Notes: generated by a model not told the origin, from the letters alone. A DNA stretch of 24,000 bases from Phycisphaeraceae bacterium (GCA_040905565.1 JBBDRF010000063.1:27294-51293); one strand, 5' to 3'; shown: positions 6,818 to 14,537, counted from the first letter of the stretch. Program-made: numbers and translations.

Positions 6818-7717
6818 ATGGCCTCACCCAATGTGACATTTCGGCGTGTGATGATCGCGGTCGTGGTCGTACTGTTCGTGCTGGCGCTGCTACCACACCG
6901 GTATAGCGGTTACGGAAGTCTGCTGAATTCGGTGACGGGGACGCTGTTGTCGGTGGTGAGCAAGCCGATGAATTCGCTCTCCTCCGCACTGCGGCAGCGG
7001 TACGATCAACCGGAACTCGGCACGGAACAGGAACTCAGCGAACGCGTGCTCGAACTACGCGGCCAAGTGATGGCGCTGGAGCAACGCGAACGCGATCTTG
7101 AACGGGCGGTGGCGGAATTGCAGGGCCTGCGCAGGCGGCAGGGCGATTCGTACGTGCATCGGCGCGCGGCGGTGGTCGGCCGCGGCAGCGACCCGGCAGG
7201 CGGCATGCTTCAACTGAACATCGGGACACGGCACGGCCTCCGCGTTGGGATGCCTGCCGTCCAAGGCGCCAGCGTGGTGGGGCGGATCACACAGGCGGGG
7301 CCGACCAGCAGCACACTGGGTTTACTGACGACGCCGGGTTCGCTGGTGGAGGTGGTGACGGTGTCGGAGGGGCCGGGGGCAACGGGCGGACGTCGCGCGC
7401 GGCTGCTGCTGGAGGCGACGGCGGGGCCTCAGCTGATCGCGAACCAGGTGGATCGGCAGCTGCCGACGGAGGCGGGGGATTTCGCGAGGCTGATGGATGA
7501 GACGTGGCCGGAATCGGTGCAGGGGATGCTGGTGGGGCGGGTGGTGGCGGTGGAGGAGGATGCGGACGATCCGCTGCTCAAGCGTGTGGGCGTTCGGCCG
7601 TTGCGGTCGCTGCGTGATCTGGATTCGGTGATCGTGATCGTCCCGCGTGACATGACCGAGGAGGCGACGCCGGAGCTGGAACTGGGGCAGGGGAGCGTGG
7701 GGGAGGGCGTGCGATGA
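6818..7717 (+). CDS. mreC: Rod shape-determining protein MreC
   Basis: It lies immediately downstream of mreB. It has an N-terminal TM (VMIAVVVVLFVLALL), a coiled coil (ELRGQVMALEQRERDLERAVAELQGLR), and beta-barrel-type segments (GMPAVQGASVVGRITQAGPTSSTLGLLTTPGS; MLVGRVVAVEED). Confidence 0.9.
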   Translation: MASPNVTFRRVMIAVVVVLFVLALLPHRYSGYGSLLNSVTGTLLSVVSKPMNSLSSALRQRYDQPELGTEQELSERVLELRGQVMALEQRERDLERAVAELQGLRRRQGDSYVHRRAAVVGRGSDPAGGMLQLNIGTRHGLRVGMPAVQGASVVGRITQAGPTSSTLGLLTTPGSLVEVVTVSEGPGATGGRRARLLLEATAGPQLIANQVDRQLPTEAGDFARLMDETWPESVQGMLVGRVVAVEEDADDPLLKRVGVRPLRSLRDLDSVIVIVPRDMTEEATPELELGQGSVGEGVR

Positions 7718-8277
7718 AGTGGCCGATCTTCGCGATTGCGGTTTATGTGCTGGTGGCACTGCAGGTGTCGCTGGCCTCGGCGATGCGCTTCGAGACGGCG
7801 GGGGGCGTGGTCGAGCCGATGTTCATGTTGGCGTTGCTGGTGTTCGTGGGATTGAGTGCGACGCCTCGCGTGGTAGTGGTGGCTGCGGTGGTGATGGGCG
7901 TCGTGCTGGATGCGACGATGGTCTGGCCGATGGCGGACGGGCGAGGCATGACGGTGCTGGGGCCGTTCGCGCTGGGGTACCTGGCGGGCGGCGTGGCGCT
8001 GCTTCAGATTCGCCCGATGGTGTTCCGTCAGCATCCGTTGGCTTACGCCGTGATGATTCTTTTCGCGGGGTTTGCGGTACAGCTGGTGGTGGTGGGGCTG
8101 TTTTCGGTTCGCATCTGGTACGACCCGATGGCGGATTTCGCCCCGGCTTCGCAGCTCTTCCTGCGCACGCTGTCGGTGTTTTACAGCGCCGTGGTGGGGG
8201 CGCTGCTGAGCGTGCCGTTGGTCGCAGCATCGTCGGTGTTCGGCTTCACGACGACCAAGGTCGGCCGGCGGCGGTGA
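7714..8277 (+). CDS. mreD: Rod shape-determining protein MreD
   Basis: ATGA start/stop overlap with mreC (7714-7717). A 187-aa, very hydrophobic polytopic protein in the conserved position after mreC. Confidence 0.85.
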   Translation: MKWPIFAIAVYVLVALQVSLASAMRFETAGGVVEPMFMLALLVFVGLSATPRVVVVAAVVMGVVLDATMVWPMADGRGMTVLGPFALGYLAGGVALLQIRPMVFRQHPLAYAVMILFAGFAVQLVVVGLFSVRIWYDPMADFAPASQLFLRTLSVFYSAVVGALLSVPLVAASSVFGFTTTKVGRRR

Positions 8278-8348
8278 GATTTAGCGATCGAGTCGGTCGC
8301 CTGCCGTGGTAGGATCGTGACGGTCTTCACCTGTCCGGAGCGATTGCC

Positions 8349-9698
8349 ATGTTGATGGATGCGATGCCTCTGCGTCTTCTGCTGTGCGCGATGCTGCTGT
8401 TTTTGCCTGCGTGTTCGCCTGCTGTTGATACCGATGCGGCGGAGGGTGGCGATGCCGGCGTGGCGGAGATTCCCCTCGGACCTGGCATCGTGGCGGAACG
8501 TCCTGGCCCTGCGGATTTGCCGGCGAACGCGCAGGTGGTGGCCCTCCCCGGCGGGGGGTACATGGTGCCTTACGAAGCGGAAATCCCCGGCTTCGGCGTC
8601 ACCTATCACATGACGCCCGTCCCCGGCGGCACCTTCACCATGGGCAGCCCGCCCGACGAACCCGGCCGAAACGACGACGAGGGCCCGCAATTCACCGTCG
8701 AAGTCGAACCGTTCTGGATGGGCACGTATGAAGTGACCTTCGCGGAATACCGGACATTCACGGACATGTACAACATGTTCAAGCAGATTGAGCCGCGCCG
8801 ATCCGGCGGCTTGGACGCCCCCGCGATCCCGGAAGAGATGCAGGCCGATGCCGTGACGATCCCGACGCCTGTGTATGCGCCGAAAGAACGATTCGCATTG
8901 GGGGACGACGATGATCATCCGATCCCGTCGATGACACATTATGCCGCCCGGCAGTACACCAAGTGGCTCAGCAAGTTGACCGGGCGTTTCTATCGGCTGC
9001 CGACGGAGGCGGAGTGGGAGTACGCCGCCCGGGCCGGGACCACAACCGCGTGGAGTTTCGGCGACGACGAGGATCGGCTGGCGGATTTCGCGAATGATTA
9101 CGACCCCATCCGGGCCGAGCTAAACATGGTCGGCTCGCTCAGGCCGAACGCGTGGGGCCTGTACGATATGCACGGGAACGTCGGGGAGTGGGTTTTCGAT
9201 CAGTATGATCCGGAACATTACAGCCGCTTCGAGGGGCGCGGCGTGGTGCCTTGGCAGGATGCGATCAACTGGCCGACCGAAACCTATCCGGTGGTGGTGC
9301 GCGGCGGATCATTATATAGCTATCCGGATGAGACGCGGAGCGCCTCCCGCTTGGCAAGCGAACGTGTGGAGTGGAACATGTATGATCCAAATCTCCCGAA
9401 AAGCCCCTGGTGGTTGGGCGACTGGTGGGATTACAGCATGGTCGGTTTCCGCATCATCAGACCACTGCGCGAGCCGGACGAGGATGAGCAGCATCGTTTC
9501 TGGGGATCGCGTGAACAGGATTTGCCGGAAGATCTATGGTTAGACCTTGGCGACAGACTTTGGGGAGGGCGCGGAACGGTCGGCATCGTCGACGAGAACC
9601 TGCCCGAACGGCTGGAGCAGTGGAACGAAGTACAGGGAGACTGGCGTAAAGAGCGGGACCTGCTGAATCAGTGGCAGGAAGAGAAGCAGCAGGAGTGA
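8349..9698 (+). CDS. Formylglycine-generating-enzyme (FGE/SUMF1, sulfatase-modifying factor) family lipoprotein
   Basis: GGAG lies 8 nt upstream of the start. The signal peptide ends in the lipobox-like LPAC (MPLRLLLCAMLLFLPACS). FGE-sulfatase domain motifs: GGTFTMGSPPDEPGRNDDEGPQFTV, RLPTEAEWEYAARAG, YDMHGNVGEWV. There is a W/E/Q-rich C-terminal tail. Confidence 0.92.
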   Translation: MLMDAMPLRLLLCAMLLFLPACSPAVDTDAAEGGDAGVAEIPLGPGIVAERPGPADLPANAQVVALPGGGYMVPYEAEIPGFGVTYHMTPVPGGTFTMGSPPDEPGRNDDEGPQFTVEVEPFWMGTYEVTFAEYRTFTDMYNMFKQIEPRRSGGLDAPAIPEEMQADAVTIPTPVYAPKERFALGDDDDHPIPSMTHYAARQYTKWLSKLTGRFYRLPTEAEWEYAARAGTTTAWSFGDDEDRLADFANDYDPIRAELNMVGSLRPNAWGLYDMHGNVGEWVFDQYDPEHYSRFEGRGVVPWQDAINWPTETYPVVVRGGSLYSYPDETRSASRLASERVEWNMYDPNLPKSPWWLGDWWDYSMVGFRIIRPLREPDEDEQHRFWGSREQDLPEDLWLDLGDRLWGGRGTVGIVDENLPERLEQWNEVQGDWRKERDLLNQWQEEKQQE

Positions 9699-9728
9699 CC
9701 TACGCGGGGGCCTAAAACGAAAAAGTCG

Positions 9729-9757
9729 TTGGTGCGCGGGATTGCGTCTTGTATACT
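9729..9757 (+). promoter_or_regulatory. Candidate sigma70-type promoter for the oxidoreductase gene
   Basis: TTGGTG (9729-9734), a 17-bp spacer, then TATACT (9752-9757, 5/6 to consensus). It sits in the most AT-rich stretch of the window. The -35 is weak (3/6). Confidence 0.3.
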
Positions 9758-9845
9758 ATCTTGAGTCATCTTTCTATGTTGTTTCGATAAAGGCGTTTAA
9801 GGATTCTGTGCGGGGGCGGAGCAATTCTTCACGATGGAGTCACCC

Positions 9846-11165
9846 ATGGACAGCGGCAATTCCACGCGGCGTCGGTTCATGCTGGATTCAGCGGCGGTTG
9901 TGTCGGCGGCGTCGGTGCATGCGGCGGTGGCGTCACGCAGTTATGCGGCCGGCGACGAAACGTTGCGGGTGGGCGTGGTCGGCTGCGGCGGCCGGGGGAC
10001 GGGGTCGGCTGTGCAGGCGCTCACGGCGGACGCGAACGTTCAGATTGTGGCGCTGGGGGATGTGTTTGAGGATCGGCTGGAGAACAGCCTGGCCGTCCTC
10101 GATCGCCATACCAAGACGACGGACGCGGGCGTGAAGCACAGCGATGAGCTTGCGAAGCGGGTGAACGTTCCGCCGGAGCAACGTTTCGTCGGGTTCGATG
10201 CGTACAAGCAGGTGATCGATCTTGTTGATGTGGTGATCCTGACGACGCCGCCGCACTTTCGGCCCGAGCAGCTGGCGTATGCGGTGAAGCAGGGAAAGCA
10301 TGTGTTTGCGGAGAAGCCGGTCGCCACCGATTCCGCGGGCGTTCGGCTCGCGCTGGAAGCATGCAAAGAAGCGAAGCGGAAGAATCTTTCGGTCGTGGCG
10401 GGCCTCTGCTGGCGGTATCACCTGCCACGCATCGAAACGATGCGACAGGTGCGTGAGGAGGGCCTCATCGGCGAGCCGGTGGCCATTGAGACGGTGTACA
10501 ACGTGGGCGGCGTCTGGGGCCCGCGGCGACGGCCTGAGCAGGTCGAATCGGAGATGGAACTGCAACTGCGGAACTGGTACTACTACAAGTGGCTCAGCGG
10601 CGATCACATCGTCGAGCAGGCGGTGCATGCGCTGGACACGATGGGGTGGGTCATGCGGGACGAGCCGCCTGTGCAGTGCTGGGGCGTCGGTGGCCGGCAG
10701 GTGCGAACGGACCCGCAGCACGGCGACATCTACGACCATTTCTCACTGGTCTTCGAGTACGCCAACGGCACCCGCGGCTACCACCAGTGTCGGCAGTGGC
10801 CGGGCGCGCGGTTCAACCAGATCAACGACTACGTCTTCGGCAGCAAGGGCACGTGCGATGTGTGGCGGCACAATATCAAAGGTGCGGTGGACTGGCAGTA
10901 CGACGGCCCCGACAAGAACATGTATCAGCACGAGCAGGACGAACTGTTCGCTTCGATCCGTTCGGGCAATCCGATCAATGACGGCAAGCACATGTGCTAC
11001 AGCACGCTGCTGGCGATCATGGGTCGGATGGCTGCTTACACCGGCGACCGCATCACGTGGGAGATGGTCATGAATTCCGAGCAGCGCCTTGGCCCCGAAA
11101 AGTACGCATGGGGCGACGCGCCGGAGGTGGTCGTCGCCAAGCCGGGCGTGACGAAGTATCACTGA
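9846..11165 (+). CDS. Gfo/Idh/MocA-family NAD(P)-dependent oxidoreductase with twin-arginine (TAT) signal
   Basis: ATG 9846 has GGAG 6 nt upstream. ATG 9834 is an alternative with poorer spacing. TAT motif STRRRFML followed by a hydrophobic region. Rossmann motif LRVGVVGCGGRGTGSA, then the typical EKPVA segment (HVFAEKPVATD). Confidence 0.9.
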   Translation: MDSGNSTRRRFMLDSAAVVSAASVHAAVASRSYAAGDETLRVGVVGCGGRGTGSAVQALTADANVQIVALGDVFEDRLENSLAVLDRHTKTTDAGVKHSDELAKRVNVPPEQRFVGFDAYKQVIDLVDVVILTTPPHFRPEQLAYAVKQGKHVFAEKPVATDSAGVRLALEACKEAKRKNLSVVAGLCWRYHLPRIETMRQVREEGLIGEPVAIETVYNVGGVWGPRRRPEQVESEMELQLRNWYYYKWLSGDHIVEQAVHALDTMGWVMRDEPPVQCWGVGGRQVRTDPQHGDIYDHFSLVFEYANGTRGYHQCRQWPGARFNQINDYVFGSKGTCDVWRHNIKGAVDWQYDGPDKNMYQHEQDELFASIRSGNPINDGKHMCYSTLLAIMGRMAAYTGDRITWEMVMNSEQRLGPEKYAWGDAPEVVVAKPGVTKYH

Positions 11166-11218
11166 GTGCGGGGCGCGGGGGGGCGGGGCGGCGGTGAAAT
11201 CGGATGTCGTCACATCAC

Positions 11219-12466
11219 TCAGCGTTGGCGGCTGTATTCGTCGAACCAGCCGCGGAGGCGGGTGCCGGGGACTTTAAGGACGTTGCCGCCTGATTCGCGG
11301 ATGGCGGCGACGGCCTCGGCCTCATCGGCATCGAGCAGGACGACGGTGAGGCTGACCTCGGCCTCTTCGAGCCGGCGGAGGATCGTCTGCATCTGTTCCG
11401 CGTCGGGTAGCAGCCGGGCGGTGAGGATGATCATCTCGGGCTCGCTGACGATCGCACGTTCGACGGCATCGAGCAGGACGAACCCGCCGCCGGCGGTGAG
11501 GCCATCTAGGCGACGCTCCACGGCATTGTGCGAAAGGTCCGCGCCGGACATCAACTCAGGCGGGAAGACCATCAGATCGCTTTCGCGAGCGGCGACCACC
11601 TGAAGCTCGTGGCGCTCGTCAGCCGCTTCCACCGCAAGCACGGCGGCCTGATTGGCGAAGGTGACGAAGTTGGTCATCGCGCCGGAATGGTCGATCACCA
11701 GTGCGGTGCGACCGGCGAGCGGCACGCCGAGGTACTGCGGCCCGCCTTGAAGAAGCGGGTTCACGAAGGTGCCGAGTTCCTCCTCATGAATTTCCTGTGC
11801 CGTGACCTCGGGCTCGGTCTGCATGCTTTGCATCGCGAAAAACAGCACGGCCAGAAGCGTGGCGATACTCAGCACGAGGGCGAGAACGGTGGCGATCTGG
11901 TTCTTGAGCGTGATAGGTTTGCGGCGGTTGGCGCGCCTTCGCTTGGAGGCCCGCCGTTTGGAGGTCCGCCGTTTTGGGGAGGCAGTGGTGGTGGTGGCGG
12001 TGAGATCGGAAAGCGAGGGCTCGGGTGACCGTTCGGGCTTCTGGTCGGCGAACGGGTCGTCTTCCTCCGCTTCGTCGTCCGCAGGTTCCTCGGCGACAGG
12101 CTCATCTTCCCACGGTTCGGTCTCGTCTTCGGGTTCGTCGTCTGCATCGTCTTCGGGGGGCGGGCCTGTGATCGCGGCTGCCAGGGCGTCGGTCGGGTCC
12201 TGCGGCGGGGCGGGATCCTGCGGCGCGGGCGTGGGGGGAGGCGGCTTGGGGGCCGAGGCGGGGGCGATGGCTTCGGGGATGTCAGAAGATGGGTCGGGAT
12301 CGGAGCCCGGGGGCGATTCGGGACGCGCGGCGCGCGCCGGTTTCTCCGATCGACTTTCGGGGACCGACAGCAGGCTGCCGCACGTGTAGCATCGGCAGAC
12401 GCTGCCTTTGAAGGCTTCGTCGATCTCGAGTTCCGCTTGGCAGTCGGGGCAAATCAGGTGAACCAT
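11219..12466 (-). CDS. Hypothetical protein: N-terminal MJ0042-type zinc ribbon, acidic/proline-rich disordered region, basic stretch, TM helix, C-terminal degenerate vWA-like domain
   Basis: Start at ATG 12466 (MVHLICPDCQAELEIDEAFKGSVCRCYTCGS). The longer ORF-track version reaching 12799 would run antisense through rsmH. About 130 aa of P/D/E-rich sequence is followed by KRRTSKRRASKRRRANRRK and the TM IATVLALVLSIATLLAVLFFAM. The C-terminal domain has vWA-like strand order: TALVIDHSGAM, LQVVAAR, GLTAGGGFVLLDAVERAI, EMIILTARLL, LTVVLLD. Confidence 0.8.
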   Translation of the reverse strand: MVHLICPDCQAELEIDEAFKGSVCRCYTCGSLLSVPESRSEKPARAARPESPPGSDPDPSSDIPEAIAPASAPKPPPPTPAPQDPAPPQDPTDALAAAITGPPPEDDADDEPEDETEPWEDEPVAEEPADDEAEEDDPFADQKPERSPEPSLSDLTATTTTASPKRRTSKRRASKRRRANRRKPITLKNQIATVLALVLSIATLLAVLFFAMQSMQTEPEVTAQEIHEEELGTFVNPLLQGGPQYLGVPLAGRTALVIDHSGAMTNFVTFANQAAVLAVEAADERHELQVVAARESDLMVFPPELMSGADLSHNAVERRLDGLTAGGGFVLLDAVERAIVSEPEMIILTARLLPDAEQMQTILRRLEEAEVSLTVVLLDADEAEAVAAIRESGGNVLKVPGTRLRGWFDEYSRQR

Positions 12467-12473
12467 AGGGCCG

Positions 12474-12479
12474 ATTATA
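12474..12479 (-). promoter_or_regulatory. Perfect TATAAT -10 box 7 nt upstream of the zinc-ribbon gene ATG (leaderless-mRNA candidate)
   Basis: Minus-strand sequence: GCTC-TATAAT-CGGCCCT-ATG. There is no purine-rich SD between the box and the ATG. A consensus hexamer is unexpected by chance in a 48-bp spacer of a high-GC genome. Confidence 0.4.
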
Positions 12480-12498
12480 GAGCGCCACCCATCGATTG

Positions 12499-12507
12499 TG
12501 CTATACA
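12499..12507 (+). promoter_or_regulatory. Extended -10-like element TGcTATACA 7 nt upstream of the rsmH ATG
   Basis: TG (12499-12500), c, then TATACA (12502-12507), with ATG at 12515. The hexamer lacks the conserved final T, so this call is weak. Confidence 0.2.
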
Positions 12508-12514
12508 GGACCTT

Positions 12515-13471
12515 ATGAACGAGAACGATTGGGATGATCTGGATTTCGGCTGGTCCGAGCCTGCGTCGCTGCTGCCGGGCCATGCGCCGGTGATGGTGGC
12601 GGAGGTACTGGAGCTGCTGGAGCCGAGGCCCGGGCAGGCGGTGCTGGATTGCACGGTGGGGCGGGGGGGGCACGCCGCGGCGATCATGCCGAGGCTGGTG
12701 CCGGGCGGGCGCTACATCGGCCTTGATGCGGATGCAGCGAATGTGCGGGAACTGCAGGAAATGGCGGATGAAACGCCTGTGCCGATGACGCTGGCGCACG
12801 CAAATTTTGTTGACGCGCGGCGGGTTTTAGATGAGTCGGGCGTGGATCTGGTCGATGGTCTTCTTGCGGATCTGGGATTCGCCTCGACGCAGATGGATCG
12901 AGCCGACCGCGGTCTAAGTTTCAACGCTGAGGGCCCACTGGATATGCGACTGGACCAGACCGCGAAAACCACAGCGGCGGATTTGGTCAACGAGGCATCG
13001 GAACAGGAACTGGCGGACATCATTTTTCGCTACGGCGAGGAGCGAGCGTCTCGGAAAATCGCGAGAAAAATTGTCGAAAAGCGCCAAGAACATCCGATTA
13101 AAACGACTAGGGAACTTGCAGATATCTGCTCAGCGGCCTACGGCCCAGCGGCGCGGCGTCAGCGGATCGATCCCGCCACGCGGACATTTCAGGCTCTGCG
13201 CATCGCGGTCAACGATGAGCTGGGGGCGCTGGAGCAGTTGCTCGCTTCGCTGGAGAAGCTGGTCAAGCCCGGCGGTCGCGTCGCCATCATCAGCTTCCAC
13301 TCGCTTGAGGATCGCATGGTCAAGCAGGCGTTCAAAGCACTGGTGGCGGCGGGCAAAGCAAAGGGCCTGACGCGCAAGCCCCTGGTGGCGAAGGATGCGG
13401 AGCGAGCGGCGAATCGGCGGAGCCGATCGGCGAAGCTTCGCGCTATTGAACTCGTGGATTCGGACTTTTAA
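12515..13471 (+). CDS. rsmH: 16S rRNA (cytosine1402-N4)-methyltransferase RsmH (MraW)
   Basis: Motifs HAPVMVAEVLELL, LDCTVGRGGHA, LADLGFASTQMD, FQALRIAVNDEL and ISFHSLEDRMVK are classic RsmH motifs. I chose ATG 12515 because the ORF-track start 12437 overlaps the divergent gene. Confidence 0.95.
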   Translation: MNENDWDDLDFGWSEPASLLPGHAPVMVAEVLELLEPRPGQAVLDCTVGRGGHAAAIMPRLVPGGRYIGLDADAANVRELQEMADETPVPMTLAHANFVDARRVLDESGVDLVDGLLADLGFASTQMDRADRGLSFNAEGPLDMRLDQTAKTTAADLVNEASEQELADIIFRYGEERASRKIARKIVEKRQEHPIKTTRELADICSAAYGPAARRQRIDPATRTFQALRIAVNDELGALEQLLASLEKLVKPGGRVAIISFHSLEDRMVKQAFKALVAAGKAKGLTRKPLVAKDAERAANRRSRSAKLRAIELVDSDF

Positions 13472-13484
13472 ACGTGTCAGAAGT

Positions 13485-13493
13485 TGATACAAT
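13485..13493 (+). promoter_or_regulatory. Extended -10 promoter candidate TGaTACAAT upstream of the LysM-ftsL-ftsI genes
   Basis: TG (13485-13486), a, then TACAAT (13488-13493, 5/6 to consensus). It is embedded in the perfect palindrome GTTGAT-aca-ATCAAC (13483-13497), 14 nt after the rsmH stop. Confidence 0.35.
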
Positions 13494-13547
13494 CAACCGC
13501 AGTCTCCCGCCAGGATGGCGCAGGTCTCATGCTCAAGGACGATGCAC

Positions 13548-14537
13548 ATGACCACTGAAACAAAACTCGGGTTGCTGCTGGGCATGGGGGTCATCATCCT
13601 CGTGGGCATCTTCATCAGCGACCATCTTTCCAAGGCCAACAGCCAGCAGACGGCGGGGCTGGCCGATTCCATGCGCCCGCTCGACGATTCGGACCTGCCG
13701 CGGGGCCTGGAGGAATCGCGGTACGGCGGGGAAGAGTTCATCGTCGAAGGAAGCGAAGCCGAAACCACGCTGCCGTTGCCTGAGGATTTCGAAGCCCAGA
13801 GCCGGCCCGAGGTTCAACCTCGTCAACGGCAGACGCGCGACGCGCGTCCGTCTCTCGAGCGGGAGCCGCAGCAGGCGGAAGCGCCGCGAAACACGCGGAT
13901 TCTGGACATCGACCTCAGGCCGACCATGATTGAACGTGAGCGCGAAGAGGTGATCGACGGCGAAGCACCGCTGCCTGACGCGCCCGTCGCCAGCGACGAT
14001 CGGACGGAACTGCCGGACGAACTTGAGTATGTCGAACCGCGGGAAGAGCGCCGTTTCGAACCCGAGCCGGTCGAGCGAACAGTGACGCGTGAGAGTCGGC
14101 AGGTCACGCCGGAACCGGAGCCGAGGCAGACCACCGCTCCGGTCACGCATTACGTCAAAGAAAACGAAACGCTTTCGAAGATCGCCGACCAGTACTACGG
14201 CGACCCCGGCTACTACGAGGTGATTTACGAGGCCAATCGCAACGCGATCTCGAATCCGAACTTCGTCCGCCCGGGCGTGCGGCTGGTGATTCCCGATAAG
14301 GCGGGCACCGTCGCAAGAAGGCAGACGGAGAGCCCGGCTGAGACGACGCAGGAGCAGCCACCCACCGCTCGCACGCAGACCTACACGATCCGCGAGAAGG
14401 ACACGATCTGGGCGCTGGCGGATCGCTTCTACGGCAACGGCGCGAAGTGGAAAGAACTTTACGAGCTGAACAAGGACAAGATCGATAATCCCGATCGGCT
14501 GACGGTCGGCGATGAGATCACGGTCCCCGTGCGTTGA
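13548..14537 (+). CDS. Membrane-anchored protein with two C-terminal LysM peptidoglycan-binding domains
   Basis: ATG 13548 has AAGGA 8 nt upstream. ATG 13515 and 13542 are in-frame alternatives. TM LGLLLGMGVIILVGIFI, then a long E/R/P-rich linker. Two LysM repeats: HYVKENETLSKIADQYYGDPGYYEVIYEANRNAISNPNFVRPGVRLVIP and YTIREKDTIWALADRFYGNGAKWKELYELNKDKIDNPDRLTVGDEITVP. Confidence 0.9.
   Translation: MTTETKLGLLLGMGVIILVGIFISDHLSKANSQQTAGLADSMRPLDDSDLPRGLEESRYGGEEFIVEGSEAETTLPLPEDFEAQSRPEVQPRQRQTRDARPSLEREPQQAEAPRNTRILDIDLRPTMIEREREEVIDGEAPLPDAPVASDDRTELPDELEYVEPREERRFEPEPVERTVTRESRQVTPEPEPRQTTAPVTHYVKENETLSKIADQYYGDPGYYEVIYEANRNAISNPNFVRPGVRLVIPDKAGTVARRQTESPAETTQEQPPTARTQTYTIREKDTIWALADRFYGNGAKWKELYELNKDKIDNPDRLTVGDEITVPVR

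Noticed and set aside
8359-8613. Cys-rich 84-aa ORF (MRCLCVFCCARCCCFC...)
   Set aside because: It is an off-frame reading of the FGE lipoprotein signal-peptide region. The in-frame FGE product is strongly supported.
11945-11974. Tandem 15-bp direct repeat GGAGGCCCGCCGTTT / GGAGGTCCGCCGTTT
   Set aside because: It lies inside the zinc-ribbon/vWA CDS and simply encodes the duplicated basic juxtamembrane peptide SKRR(A/T)SKRR. There are two copies only, so it is not a CRISPR-like or regulatory array.
12467-12799. Upstream extension of the zinc-ribbon ORF to 12799, and the rsmH ORF-track start at 12437
   Set aside because: Each extension runs antisense through the other gene. The zinc ribbon begins right at MVHLICPDC, and the RsmH conserved core begins shortly after ATG 12515.
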